A DNA stretch of 64,000 bases from assembly GCA_023213395.1 (NCBI GenBank), contig CM041465.1, forward strand, positions 77,569,741 through 77,633,740, in the 5' to 3' direction. A program made the position numbers and the translations under genes. Below are positions 1-13,010 of this stretch, piece after piece (position 1 is the stretch's first letter; each line of letters starts with the position of its first letter). The DNA is from Cycas panzhihuaensis. Lineage: Eukaryota > Plantae > Cycadophyta. Under the pieces are notes generated by a model. It saw nothing but the letters and a program-made list of their open reading frames with translations. It did no database searches and was not told the DNA's origin.

Positions 1-199
1 ATTAGAATCCACAAGTAATATAATATATTCATCCATATAACTCATATACATGATTCTACATAACTTATAATTGCATTAAATTATGATTAGAATAAAGTAT
101 AATAAAGGTCATCTTTCTTTGTGATTACTTGACTAAACTCTCATACAAAATTAGGTGTGGAAATTCCCTATTTAAACACCAAGAATGGTTATAAGGGTT

Positions 200-1664
200 T
201 AACAATCAAGACTCAAAGAATGGCTACATTGGTGGTTAAATTAGATATGAATAAAGCTTATGGCATAGTTAAGTGGGACTATATTTTGGCCATGCTTAGA
301 ATCAAAGGTGTTGATTAGGCCCACCTCTATTAGATCAAAGGATTGTTATCCATAATTTTTATGGCTATAAAAATAAATGACTCCATTAGTTTCTATATGT
401 TGATTAGTAGAGGAATTCATCAAGGATATCCTTTTTCCCTATATTTGTTTATCATATCTATGGGAGAATTTTCTTCTCTCTTAAGTTGGTTATATAATAG
501 TGTGTTGAAAGGTGTTCCCATAAACGAGGATCATTCAACTCATCAAATATTTACTAATGACATGATACTTATGGGTCAACCTTTAGTGGATGAGATTCTC
601 ACCTAGGAGCAAGCTTTATAGATATAGTTCCTTACTTCATATTAATTAATAAATTGTGATAAATTAACTTTATACCTTTTAACACCATTCTAATGAATTT
701 ATAGCTTCATCTTACTTCTTTTATTTAGATTTTGTTAACCTTGGAATTAACTACTATTAAATATATGGAAGTTTATCTTAGGATTCATTGTGTTAATATA
801 TCTAATTAGTATTCTTATATCCTTAAGATAAAGGCTAAATTAGATGCATGGTTAGTCTATCAAATAGATTTATCTAGGTAAGGAAGCCTAATTTAGTCCA
901 CTCTTATCTAGATGCCAAACTTTCTAATGTTTATCTTGGAGGCCTTGAAGGCAGTCTTATTTATACCATGATGGATGTTTTTGCATTTTCTATGGAAACC
1001 TTGGGCCAAAGAGTCCTAATTTAATTAGCCTATTGAATGAAGTGTTGTAATTATCCAGAAAGATTTAGGTAATATGGGCATTATAGATCCCTTTATCATC
1101 AGTAAGTTTTATGGTGCTAAATATTTGTGGGATCTTTAGATGCATGAAGATGCTAAATATGCATGCATTATGTATAGGAAACTATAACTCTTGGAGCACC
1201 AAAATACAACTAGTCTCCCCAATTCTTACTTCAAAAGGCTCAAATGTTTAGAATCTAATATTAAAGGCCTAGGTTCATATGTAATTTAATATCATTCTTT
1301 CCCCTAGTTTACAAGGTTACAATATAAATTTTTGGGTAGATAAATGGCTCCTTCTAGTTATACAACCTTTGGCTAAATAAGTTACTTATGATCTAATTTC
1401 TTAGTTTTATATTACTTATAATCTTACTTAGGTGTTTCATTTCCATGATTTTTAGAGTAGAAAATTGAAGGATTTTCCTTATCTATTAGTGAATGACATC
1501 GTGGTTGTAGACCCTATTATTCTCCATATACCTAAGTAGTTAGCCTTTGAGTTGCATCAAGTTATTCCTTTGGATAGATCCATGAAGTTGGAACATGAAG
1601 AAGGCCTCTATTTTTTATCTAGGGCATGGGTTTTTTAATTCAAAAGATGACTACTTTAATTTAT
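200..1664 (+). mobile_element. L1-type LINE ORF2, reverse transcriptase region, decayed (part left of the Copia insertion)
   Basis: Motifs read from sequence: KLDMNKAY..V.W (~238-280; L1 KLDMxKAYDRVxW), RGIHQGYPFSLYLF (RGLRQGDPLSPYLF), HQIFTNDM (HLxFADD), FWVDKWL (~1330). Many stops and frameshifts. Left boundary approximate. Confidence 0.9.
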
Positions 1665-1855
1665 TATTGAGTAATGTTATCTAGACTTTATAACACTTCT
1701 CTAATGTACTTTTATAAGGGTTATGTGTCATTCCCTCTTCTCTTTGCTTGTGACAAGTGGCAAACATGCATTCAATACTATCCAAGAGTCATGTAATTTG
1801 TAATATATTTATAGAGGGTTATCCCTCATTAATGATCAATTTATTAAGAGTAACA
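1665..1855 (+). repeat. 5' LTR of Copia 1665-11228
   Basis: Aligns by eye with 11034-11228 (shared ttatctagactttataacactt, cttgtgacaagtgg, ctcattaatgat); followed directly by a tRNA-iMet PBS. Confidence 0.9.
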
Positions 1856-4800
1856 TGGTATCAGAGTGAGGTTAATTGCTCATTTATATATAGATATAAT
1901 AAAGATCCTAGAAAGAGGAGTATGATAATTTTCTGAGATAGATTAAAGGAGGTTGATTCTGATAGGGTTTTTGTTTGAAGATTGAAGGAGACTAACAATA
2001 CTCAAACTATCAGGTAAACATGATTTGTACAAGACATAGACAAAGATGAAGTATGAATAGAGCAAGGATGGGTATGGAAAAAGTACAAATTGTATGGATC
2101 AAATTCTTTGAAGTGCTTAGCACTAGCTCAAATTTTACCAACAAGGTTGTATTAGTGAGGCTATCAATCTTCCTAAAGGCTCAACTAGAAATAAGGTCAT
2201 TTTAAGACTATTTTAACCATGTTTCAAATGGTGTAAGTTTATAAGGATAATTATAATTTATCAATCTTAAGTGGTTTCTCTCTTTAATATAAATCATTTA
2301 AGACTAGTTTAGAAGGATCTTATTAAACATTTTAAAATATATTAGTGTTTTTCTCTAAGAACCCTAATCGTTAGTCTAAACTTTAACCTTGGGTTTTGCC
2401 TAAAACATAGAGTTTTTTTTTAAATATTTTTAGATCTAGATCTATATTTTAAGGGTTTTTATTTGCATCTTTTTTTATTTTATTTTATATACTTATAATT
2501 TTTTGTATAATTTTGTATATTATATGATCATATAGTCAATAAAGTATAATTACAAAGTTTTTTTCTCTTAGTCTCATTAAATCAAAATGGCCTCTTCTGT
2601 AGTAGCACTTGCTAAAGTAGATAAACTCACTGAAACTAATTTTAGTATTTAGAAAATTAAAATAGAAGGGCTTTTGAGAGAGAAAAAAAAAAAAGGAAAA
2701 TAATAACTAGAGAGGAGAGGAAATTTATAGATATTATTAATTAGATTAGTTGGGAGGAGAGAGACAATATAAGTATTTCCATTCTCAAACTCTCAATTCA
2801 CTTCTATCATATGTAGATGTCATAGAAACCTATTTAAAATTCTAGAAAATAGTGACTTCTCTATTTAGTCAAAAGAATAAGACTAAAATAATTATCTTAA
2901 GGGAGGAATTAGAGAAATATAGTCAATTTTTAAATTTATTACAAAAGTGAACAATGTAAAAAATAATCTTATCATTACTAGGGATAAGATCACAGACACA
3001 TAACTAGTTTACCTAGCATTGAATAAATTGCCTAAATCATTTGATAACATGGTAAATATGTTGAAAAGAGAAGGTAAAATTATAAAAATAGCCTTTAAAA
3101 TCCTAACAAGGCTTATGCTAAATTTAGAACGAAGGAGAAAAAGATATAAAGAATATGTAGAAATTAAAGAAGACTTTGTATCCAAACTCAACTTGGGTAG
3201 TATAGGATGTGGATAATTTATTTTTTATGAACATGGCAAAAATTCTCTACTAAGTATTAGAAGACATTAGATAGAAGGGAGAGATAGAGCACGGTCTACA
3301 TCTATAAGAGATTTTAGAGTTTATTTAAACTATAGGAGACTTGATCACTTTTCAAGTAGTTGTTAAGTTTTTGATATATACTAACACTACAGGAAATCAG
3401 GATATTTTTCTTATCAATATCCTAGAAAACATACTAAAATTTAGAGAGGGAATCAAGTAGTAGGTCACTATAGTGAGTAAGATACAATGGATGATAAAGT
3501 TAAAATAATTTTTGTGATTATACTTATTATTATTTTTAATATAATATATGACTAGTATATTGATTTAGGAGCTTCTAATCATATGATAGGTAGAAGAGAA
3601 TGGTTTGAAATCTTAAGACCATATCTATATGGTAGATCTATTGAACTAGATAATAATTATCCTCTTCACATATAGGGAATTAAGATAATTAATATTGAAA
3701 TTGATACAAAAATATAGAGAATTGGAAATGTTCTCTTTGTATTAAGAATGAAAAAGAATCTGTTGTCTGCATCTCAACTATGAAGAAAGAAATTAAGGAC
3801 TAAATTTGATGAAAATAGACATTATTTTATTTTATATATAAAGTGGAATGACATTGTAATTGCAAAAGGGATAGAGTGTAACAATCTCTATAAGTTGCTC
3901 TCTAGGTTTGTTTTGCTAAAAAAAGGTCTTGTTATATCTAAATTTTTGAACTCTCTTGTACTTTCAAGTTTTGATGATAATGAAATATGGCACTTGAAGT
4001 ATGGGTACATTTTAAATGATAGGTTAGAATTATTAAAAAAATTTAACATGGTGAATGGACTATCAACAGTGTCTTTTAATTCTTTTGTGTGTAAAAGCTA
4101 CATGATGAGAAAATAACATGGGACTCTATTCTCAAGAAGCACATGGCATGCACAAAATAAACTAGAGTTGGCTCACACAAATCTCTATGGTCTAATCACA
4201 TTAAGTTCTTTAAATGGAGCTCATTGATGATTTTTTTTTTTAAATTAAATATATTTTTTTGTTTAGAAAATCATAGGTGTTTGACCATTTTAAGGAATTT
4301 AAATAAAAAGTAGAATTAGAAAGTAACAATAAAATTAAATATATTCATTCTAATGGTGGAGGCAAATACATGTAAAATACATGGAATTCACAAAAAAGTA
4401 GTTATACCTTACTCTCTTCAATCAAATAATGTAGTAAAATAAATGGATAGGACTATACTAGAAATGGTTTAGTGTCTAATTCAAGATAGTTAGGTTACTA
4501 AAATATATTAGGCAGAAGTTACTAAAATTATAGTATATTTGATAAATAAGAGTCCAACAGAAACACTGTATAAAGTTATGCCAAAAGAAGTCTAGACTTG
4601 ACAAAAATTATGTTGGGGTTAATGATCATCACCCTACTCGTATCTTCCAACCAGGGATGCACACCTCACACTCACTATTTTACATATGTGGGTGTTCACA
4701 TATGAAGGTAAGTATAAGGTAATATTTGAGTTAAGTTTATTTGAGTTAAGTTATATTTTATTGTTATTTAAATTTTAGGGATTGAGGAGTTTTCTTTCTC

Positions 4801-5472
4801 CCTTAAACTATATATTTTAAAGGGTGTGCAACCCTGGTGTCTTTAGAAATCACCTACTTTTAGATGTTTATAATTCTCTCTCAAATAATAGATTGAATAC
4901 AAAGAAATTTCTGTTTATGTAATAATGTATTGATCTATGATTATTGTGTTTATGTTTTGTCCTGTTCTCCATAGATTTATTTTTCTACATTTGATATCAG
5001 AGTAGAGATTACTGGGCTATTGCATTTCCATGTGAAGTTTTTTTGAAGAAGAAGAAAGATCTATTGGTATTTTGAGGTAGATTTACTCATAGCAAGAAAT
5101 ATTGGTTATATTCATTTTCTGTAAAGTTTATTAATAAGTTTCTTATATTTTTTTATTAGATTTGATTATTCTTGAGTTTTAGTTGTGATATAAGAAATAT
5201 ATTTCGGATTTATGTAGGTGGATAGCTGCAAACAATAAATATCAAGTTTTTATCACTCTACAGAGGTTTTATCAACAAGTTTTACATATTTTTATCATAT
5301 ATTTGATCATTTTCAAGTATATTTTGTTTATTTATCTAATATTTTTTTCATATCTGTGTAGGAGCACAACTGCAAGTAATATTTATTCAAAGTTTTCTTC
5401 AGATCTATTATATATTCTTAAGATCTGCTTGTTTCAATAAATATTTGATCATATTTCTGGTTTATTTTATTT

Positions 5473-5572
5473 ATATCTGTAATATTTGTTTCAAATTTAT
5501 AATATTGACTATATATCTGTAATATTTACTTTAGATCTATAATACTTACTTTAGATATGTAACATTTATTCA
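5473..5572 (+). repeat. 20-bp minisatellite, ~5 copies (approx. AGATCTGTAATATTTACTTT)
   Basis: Consecutive units atatctgtaatatttgtttc / aaatttataatattgactat / atatctgtaatatttacttt / agatctataatacttacttt / agatatgtaacatttattca. Confidence 0.75.
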
Positions 5573-7872
5573 AGTTTTCTTTCATATATGTATATTTTAT
5601 CATATATTTGACTATTTTTTCAAGTTCTCTTTTCAGATTTGTATAATTTTTTAGTGTATATTTAGTCTAATAAGACTCTTGGAGAAGATATACTATAGAT
5701 TTTTCCGTCTATTTCACTATTCTTTTAGATTTTGGCAAGCTACAACACATCTATGACCATATTGGTTTGATTATTCATATTACATTTTAAACTTTATATA
5801 TTATAAAGTTTATTTATTTAATTTATTTAATTATTTTTTATTTCATGTTTTCCTTTTTTGGGTGACTTGATCCCCTTTATTTGATGCAACAGATTTATCA
5901 CTTGAAACCTTAGCAAGTGACTACTCATTGTGATCCTTATTGAACCAGTAAGTCAGTGAAAGAGACGGTTCGAGTTTTCGTTGATTAGACTGTAAGATAT
6001 ATCATCTAGATCAACTACTACTCTATTTTAATCTCCACTTGGTTTGCAAGATCATTCTTAGTACATAAGCAACGGATCGCTGTGAAATTTTACCAGCACC
6101 TGACCGTCCAAGACACCTTGCTACCTATCAAATCTTACCTCATTTTGTAGCCTGTATAGGGAGATCCAGCCTCCAAAGCGACTAAAACCTTAGTTTACCA
6201 GGTTTTTTCATCATTTTTTTTACGGTTTTTAAATTTTTTTATGAAATCTAAATATTCTTGCTTGGGTGCCTCTCCATAAGTTTATCTCAGCTCATATTTA
6301 AGATCAATCAATGCTATTTAGCCTCTGTATAACACTGTTTTCTCAGTCTACCATCTACCATCATTCTTTTCACCATTATTTTTTAATTAAAAAAAATTAA
6401 ATTTCTTTAAACTTTTCCCTTTGATCCGTTAGTAGGATCTCAACATCTGATTTTTGCCTTTAGATCGATTGATTCGATCATTTTTTTTGGTGATTTTCAC
6501 CTCTATTTCACTACGCGGGTCACTGCACACGTTTGACCGCGTCTCTCTACATTATTTTTTATTTAATCTTTCATAAAGTTTTTGATTTAATAAAAGCAAA
6601 TTTAATATTATTTTAATTTTATTTTTAAAAGGCCTAAATCCCTTTTATGCTTAGCCCTTAGTCTCATTTTATCACACGCGACCTTTAATTTATTGTTAAG
6701 AGGGTCAACAACTATTAACAATTTTTTTTTTTTATAATTTTTTCATTTTACATAGGGTATCTGGTAAATTTTTATCTTAACGTTTGACTAGGTCATCAAT
6801 TTCTAACGAAATCTATCTCATTATATCTAGAATTTTTTGTAGTATGATTTTGACTGGTCGTATGATCTATTTAGAGCTGATTTGATCAGTTTTTAATCAA
6901 TTTAAAGTCAGTCATTTATTTTTAAAGTTATTTTGAATTATTCTTTTAAAAATCTTTTTTTATTATATTATATTTTATCACCAGGAGATTATTTTCTACC
7001 CAAATTTATTCTATAGTAATCTATCATCAACAAATTTCATCAACATCTATTCATTTTATTTTTTAAGATTTATTTTAATTATTATTTTAATCGATGAAAG
7101 TGATACTTTAGTATTTTTTAAACATTTTACCATAAATGTACTTGTTGTCATTTTTATTATAATATTTTTATTTTACATCAGAATTCAATTTCATCAATTT
7201 TTTTGAGAAGTTGACTCACTTCTCTTCAAATTAACACTATTATTTATAAGTTTTGAAGTATTTTTGTTGATTTCTAAATTTATCAAAGTTGAGGTACTTA
7301 ATAGCCTCTAATTTGTCATTTTTACATCTTTTTATATATTAATTTTTAAAATTTTCAACTAAAAAGTATATTGAGAAGGTTTTTAAACTATAATTGATTA
7401 TTTTATAGCATTCTATAAGTATTTTATTAGCTTTCTTATAATATTTTGAGCCTTAAGTTCTTATTAAGCCTCAAAAGGAGGTCTATATGTTTGGTTTATT
7501 AAAATTTAACTTGTAGGAACTCGTTTTTAAAACGGTTAGTTCTATTAAATAGTTCTTTCATTGATCTTCGTACTGGTAAAGTTTGACTTTATTCTAACTT
7601 TGTTTAGTACAGTTTTGAAGCTGTTAAACTTGAGCATCAAAGTATATCTTAACAGGTTTATGTTAAGAACTTTTTATTTTTTTTCATCTTCAAAGTTTCA
7701 ATTCAAACCTAGTTAAGAGGATCTTCGTTATATTCAAAAATTATTTATATATTTATTATATTTTAAATTTTATCTAAAATTATATCTTATAGGTTTGTCA
7801 CATTTGTTGATTTATTATTATTTTTATTTAGTAAAATCATATTATTTTTTATGTATTAAAATTTTCAGTAAA

Positions 7873-8160
7873 ATGGTAATCAATCTTGATCAAGTACAAT
7901 TTCTTACATTTGATGGCCATAATTTTTCACAATGGTATCAAATAATACAAAAATATTTTATTATACACAATCTTTAGAAATATTTACAAGATGATTATGA
8001 TGTTAGTATTAAGGAAAACATTAAAAAAGATAATAAAGTATTAATTTTATTATTTTGAACTATAGATGATGAAGTGTTTTCTAAAGTTTATGAACTAACA
8101 ATTTTAAAATCTATGTGGAACATATTGATTTTTACTTATGGGAGAGATACCCTTAATGAA
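7873..8160 (+). pseudogene. Copia-type gag N-terminal remnant
   Basis: MVINLDQVQFLTFDGHNFSQWYQIIQKYFIIHNL*KYLQDDY...KKDNKVLILLF*TIDDEVFSKV...KSMWNIL matches the Copia gag pattern FDGxNYxxW...LWxxV...KDxKAL...WxxL. Confidence 0.8.
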
Positions 8161-11033
8161 TCTAATATTAATGTTGAGCATGTAAGACAGGTGCCAGAAC
8201 AGGTGGATTGTCATGAAAAGATTAAGGAAGATTCAAATTAAATGCATAATCATCTTATTACATAAGAACCTGATCCTTCATTTGAGGGGAAGAGATATGA
8301 TGATATGGCAGTTGTTCATAACATAAAGTTTTCAGAAGACAAAGTTCAAGTTCAAAGTTTTCTTAAAGTTCTAATTGACAAAGTCAAAGTTGCGGCCACA
8401 CCTCTATATTTCAATCAAGCTTTATTATTTACAGATTTTTTTTCATAACTCAATGGTATAAGGACACACATTGCTAAAAGGATAAGAAGAGTTGATAAAG
8501 ATCAAGTTAAAAGATATATTTTAATTTTTTTTTTTTAAGTACAAATTTCATAAGTTTAAAGAGAAGACAAAGTTGTTCATGATGACCATTAAGGGGGACA
8601 ATGTTGGGGTTAATGATTATTATCCCACTCTAACCTTTCAGCTAGAGGTGTACACCTCACACTTACCAATTTATACATGTGGGTGTTCATATGTGGAGGT
8701 AAGTATAAGGTAAGATTTAAGTTAATTTAAGTTAAGTTATATTTTATTGTTGTTTAAATTTTAGGGGTTGAGGAGTTTTCCTCTTCTCCCAAACTATATA
8801 TTTTGAGAGGTGTGCAACTCTGATCTCTTTAGATACTGCTTACTTTTAGACATTTGTAATGCTCTCTCAAACTATGGATTTAATACAAAAGATTTTTTGT
8901 TTATGCAACAATGTATTGATCTATGATTATTGTGTCTATGTTTTGTCATGTTCTCCATCGATTTATTTTCCTATAAATTAGATATAAGTAACTTCAAAGT
9001 TTACATTTATATTTTAAATAAAAGATGAATTAAATTTAATAAAAAATGTATAGAATATATAATGATAGGATATAAAAGAAGATCGAAGGCCTACATATGT
9101 ATAGATCTAAAAATTAATAGGGTCTATATTAATAGAGATGTAGTATTTGATGGAAGTCTTAAAAGTAGTCAAAGAACATATCAAGAAATAAAAATAATAT
9201 CAAAAATCTCTATTAAGTCTATATCAATTTCTTTGGATGAAGACTTTAATATCACTTCAGAGAATATCAAATCAAGTAATGAAACTCTTGAAGACAGCTC
9301 TTTAGACAATAATTAAGATAGTCCTTTTATAAAAGAAGATATTTTAGAATAAGGATAATAAAGAATTGTGTCAAAAGAATAAGTTTTTAAGAAGATATCA
9401 AAACGGTATCTCAAAATAATTAGGAAAACCAAAGGAAATATTTTTGAACACAAGATAAAATATCAAAAATAACAAGCACTAGCTTATTTAGTTGAACTTG
9501 ATATATATGAAGAGGCAAGCTAACATTCTAAATGGAGAGTAGCAATGGATGCTGAAATAATAATAATTACAAAAAAGGAGACTTAGGAAATGGTTGAACC
9601 ACCTCTAAATAAATTCATTGTCAATCATAAATGGGTATGCAAGGTAAAAGAGAAATCAAATAGAGAAGTTAAAAAATATAAAGCAAGGTTAGTTATCAAA
9701 GGGCATACTTAAATTGTAGGTATAGATTATAAAGAAACATTCTCAATAGTAGCTAAATTAACCACTATGAGAATAGTAATTATCTTAGCTGTTCAATGAA
9801 ATTTAAAAAATATTTTAATTTGATGTAAAGAGTGCCTTCTTAAATGGAGATCTAAAAGAAGAAGTATATATGCATCAACTTAAAGGTTATATAAAATTAG
9901 GACAAGAAAATTTAGTATATAGGTTAAAAAAATGTTATATGGGGTTAAACAATCTCTAAGAATGTGGTATATAAAATTGGATAAGTATTTTATGCATAAT
10001 AATTTTTATAGTTGCGAGTCTAATTTAAGTTTATATGTGAAATTCAATAAGGGCATGATAACTATAATAGTAATATATGTAGATGATATGCTACTCATAA
10101 GATGTGATATAGACTCAATTGTATTCATAAAGAGTCAACTAGAAATTTTTTTTGAAATAACTGATCTTCAGATGTTATATTATTATCTTGGAATTGAAGT
10201 TAATCAGTTAAAGGATTCTATTACTTTGTTTTAATTTAAATACATCAAGTGTATGTTGGAAAAATTTAATATGAGAAATTGTAACAATTGTGTTACACCT
10301 ATAGAAATAGGTTCCATATTAAATTTTGATACAAATGATCAAGCAGTAAATGCAATTATATATAGATAGTTAGTCAGAAGTTTGATATATCTTATTGCTA
10401 TAATATCTAACATCTCTTTCTTAGTTGGAGTAATCTCTAGATATATATAAGAATCAAGGATATAACATTAGAATATAATAAAGATAATACTAAGATATTT
10501 AAAAGGAACAATAGATCTAAGTTTGAATTATATAAGAGTTGGTACCATGCAACTGATAGGTTATAGTGACTTAGATTAGGTAGGAGACAAAATAGATATA
10601 AAGTTAACAATAGGTTACTATTTCTCTTTAGGATCAATATTAATATCTTATAGTAGTAAAAAATAGTCCATAATTGTCTTATCTTTCATAGAAGTTAAAT
10701 ATAAGTTAGTAGTAAGTGTGACTTACGAAGTTATCTAGGTTAGACAATTACTAAAAGATATAGGTCAAGAATAGAAGACTCCTACTATTTTATTTTTTGA
10801 TAATTAAACTAGAATCAAAATAAACAAAAGTCTTATTCTTCATATAAGAACAAAGCATATAGAGGTCTATCATCATTTTATAAGAGAAAAGGTATAAAGC
10901 AAGGAGATCGAGCAGTTATATTGTACATCAAATGAACAAATTATTGATATATTTATAAAACTACTAAGTAAAGATAAATTTTAGTTTTTCAAAGATAAAA
11001 TAGAAATAAAATAGATGAAATATTAAGAGAGGG

Positions 11034-11228
11034 TATTAAGAATAATATTTTATCTAGACTTTATAACACTTATATAATGTACTTTTATGAGTGTTATATA
11101 TCATTTCTTATTCTCTCTACTTGTGACAAGTGGTACACATGTATTCAGCCATGATTAAGAGTCATAATTTGTACTATATTCATAGAGGATTCTCTCTCAT
11201 TAATGATTAATCCATTGAGAGTTCAATA
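11034..11228 (+). repeat. 3' LTR of Copia 1665-11228
   Basis: Follows the PPT; homologous to 1665-1855; termini decayed to TA...TA. Confidence 0.9.
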
Positions 11229-11925
11229 TTTAAATTAGTAGAAGTTCATATAGATGTAAGTTGATGGCAACTGTGATCAGATTTAGTGGAATAAAATTTA
11301 ACCCAAGCATAGTGTTACTCATTGGCATATAACTCGTAAGGCATTCATTCATTTGTCCACCTAAAAAAGATGGTACATTTAAAGAGATTCTCATTGTCCT
11401 ATTTGTAGTATTTATGATGACTCGATTAAACACATTTGGTGACGTCATTCTTTGCCTCATGATCTTTGTGCTCTGCTTTTTTATATATTTTTTTTAGATG
11501 AAGGTTTAAATGCTCTCTAGATTAAGCAAGATTTTGGTTTTAAGTTTATTATCAATAGTAGTTGGTCCCTTGCTTATAAGTGGTTCAATACTCATCACTA
11601 GCTTGTATATCTCTAGTTCACCATCTTTAAGACTCCTATATGAAATCTGGAGAATATATAATATGTCTCATTTTTAGGCATTTGTCCCTACCTTCAACCA
11701 TTCTTTTGGCCACATTTATAAGGAGACATATTTATGGCCTCAACATTCCTCCTAATTTAATTCTTTCTATAAGTCCTTTTATAAATCCTTATCTAATTCT
11801 CTTATCTCCATTACTAATACTTTAAATCAAAAGTTTTGGGTGATGGGTCTTTGATAAATTATTTGTTAGTATTATACCTATTCTTGTTTTAATGCAATTA
11901 TTCATTATTTACCTTTAAAAATAAG
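11229..11925 (+). mobile_element. L1 LINE 3' part (zf-RVT region), continuation of 200-1664
   Basis: CPICSIYDDSIKHIW at 11395-11439 (zf-RVT CxxCxxxxExxxHL) and YEIWRIYN at 11639-11662 (IWKxRN motif). Same strand, directly after the Copia TSD. Confidence 0.8.
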
Positions 11926-12296
11926 GTTTATGAATGATGCCAATATTTCAATTTATAACCTTTCCATTCTCCCCTTATCATAATTTTATCCATTGCTTCT
12001 AAATTCTCTCCTTGTTAATTTCATAAAATTCCACCATATAAATAGTAATGATCTCTATCTCTTTGTTAATATGCAAGATGTAAATCACTTGCATATAGTT
12101 TGTAATGATTATTTATTATTATTATTATTATTTTATAAGTAATATATTAAAAATGAAGTGAAAGTATACCTTTTGTATCCATTTGTTTTCCATTAAATAA
12201 CTTTCTTCTTTATATTAATTTTTTCCTCCTAATTTTATTCAAAATTTTAGTATTGACCCACTTCATCATTTTTCACTAGTATCTTTTTTGTGCCAC

Positions 12297-13010
12297 TGTC
12301 CTACCCCTAATAGAGTGATTACGAATTATGGTAGAATAAATAGCACAAGATAGAAGCACCCAAAACTAAGCATGAAAATTAAATCTTTATTATAAAGAGG
12401 CTCTGTGTTTGGTCCTCTCATAACTAGATACAAGTTGAAGCAGTATACAAGCGGAGGCCCGTAACACATATGACCAAGAGAAACTTGATTATTAACACAC
12501 ACATTCTATATTCCCTTCTTTGGATAAGGATAATTTATGTAGCCTTCTAGTTATATGTTGTTATAACTGTAGATTACAGTTACATCTTAATGACTGTTCT
12601 ATATCATCAAATTATATTTTAGTTAGATCTTATCAAAATCAGTCACATTAATTATCAAGTTAGTTATTTTTTGTCACACCCATAGTTGTATCTAGTCATA
12701 CCTAAGCTAACTCTTATCATATCTGATCATACTTTAGTTATATTTAGCCATATCTAGTCATATTTTAACCAAGTATGGTCACACTTGACTGCACTTGAGT
12801 CAAGTTTGATCGCACCTAGTCATACTTGAGCTAAGTCTGGTTACACTTAGTCACACTTGATTCGCGTTTGGTCACACCTAGCCATACTTAAGCTAAGTCT
12901 AGTCATACCCGATCATATATGAGTCGAGTCTAATCATACTTAATCATACATGAGATGAGTTTGGTCATACCTGGTTACACCTAAGTCAATTCTAGTTGTG
13001 CTTGTAGACA
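12297..13010 (-). repeat. 3' LTR of the minus-strand Gypsy
   Basis: Inverted termini TGTC/GACA, AATAAA on the minus strand near 12390, purine run adjacent at 13011-13017 (minus). The partner LTR is not in the window, so boundaries are inferred. Confidence 0.7.
12700..12992. repeat. 31-bp tandem repeat built of 10+10+11 bp subunits, inside the LTR
   Basis: Six clear units at 12798-12983 (e.g. agtcaagtttgatcgcacctagtcatacttg / agctaagtctggttacacttagtcacacttg), with more degenerate units upstream. Confidence 0.85.

Larger units (their letters stand above)
4611..8975 (+). mobile_element. Non-autonomous gag-only Copia-derived LTR element (TR-GAG/LARD-like), nested in the integrase of the outer Copia
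   Basis: LTRs 4611-4989 and 8602-8975 both start TGTTGGGGTTAATGAT. PBS TGATATCAGAGT at 4992, PPT AAGGGGGACAA at 8591-8601, perfect TSD AATTA (4606-4610, 8976-8980). The outer integrase reads PKEV*T*QK|DISNFKV across the insertion. The only coding remnant I found is gag. Confidence 0.92.
1665..11228 (+). mobile_element. Ty1/Copia LTR retrotransposon, full-length structure, decayed, inserted into the LINE
   Basis: Paired ~190 bp LTRs at 1665-1855 and 11034-11228. PBS TGGTATCAGAGT at 1856, PPT AAGAGAGGG before 11034, near-TSD TTTAT/TTTAA. Gag from ATG 2587 (VDKLTETNFSI*KIKIE), protease *YIDLGASNHM at 3553, pre-integrase IWHLKYG, integrase ~4160-4610 and ~8981-9150, RT YVDD at 10076, RNase H to ~11010 (PR-IN-RT-RH order). 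Confidence 0.93.

Noticed and set aside
12798-12983. CRISPR-like array (31-bp periodicity)
   Set aside because: Head-to-tail degenerate units with no unique spacers, no cas genes, eukaryotic LTR context.
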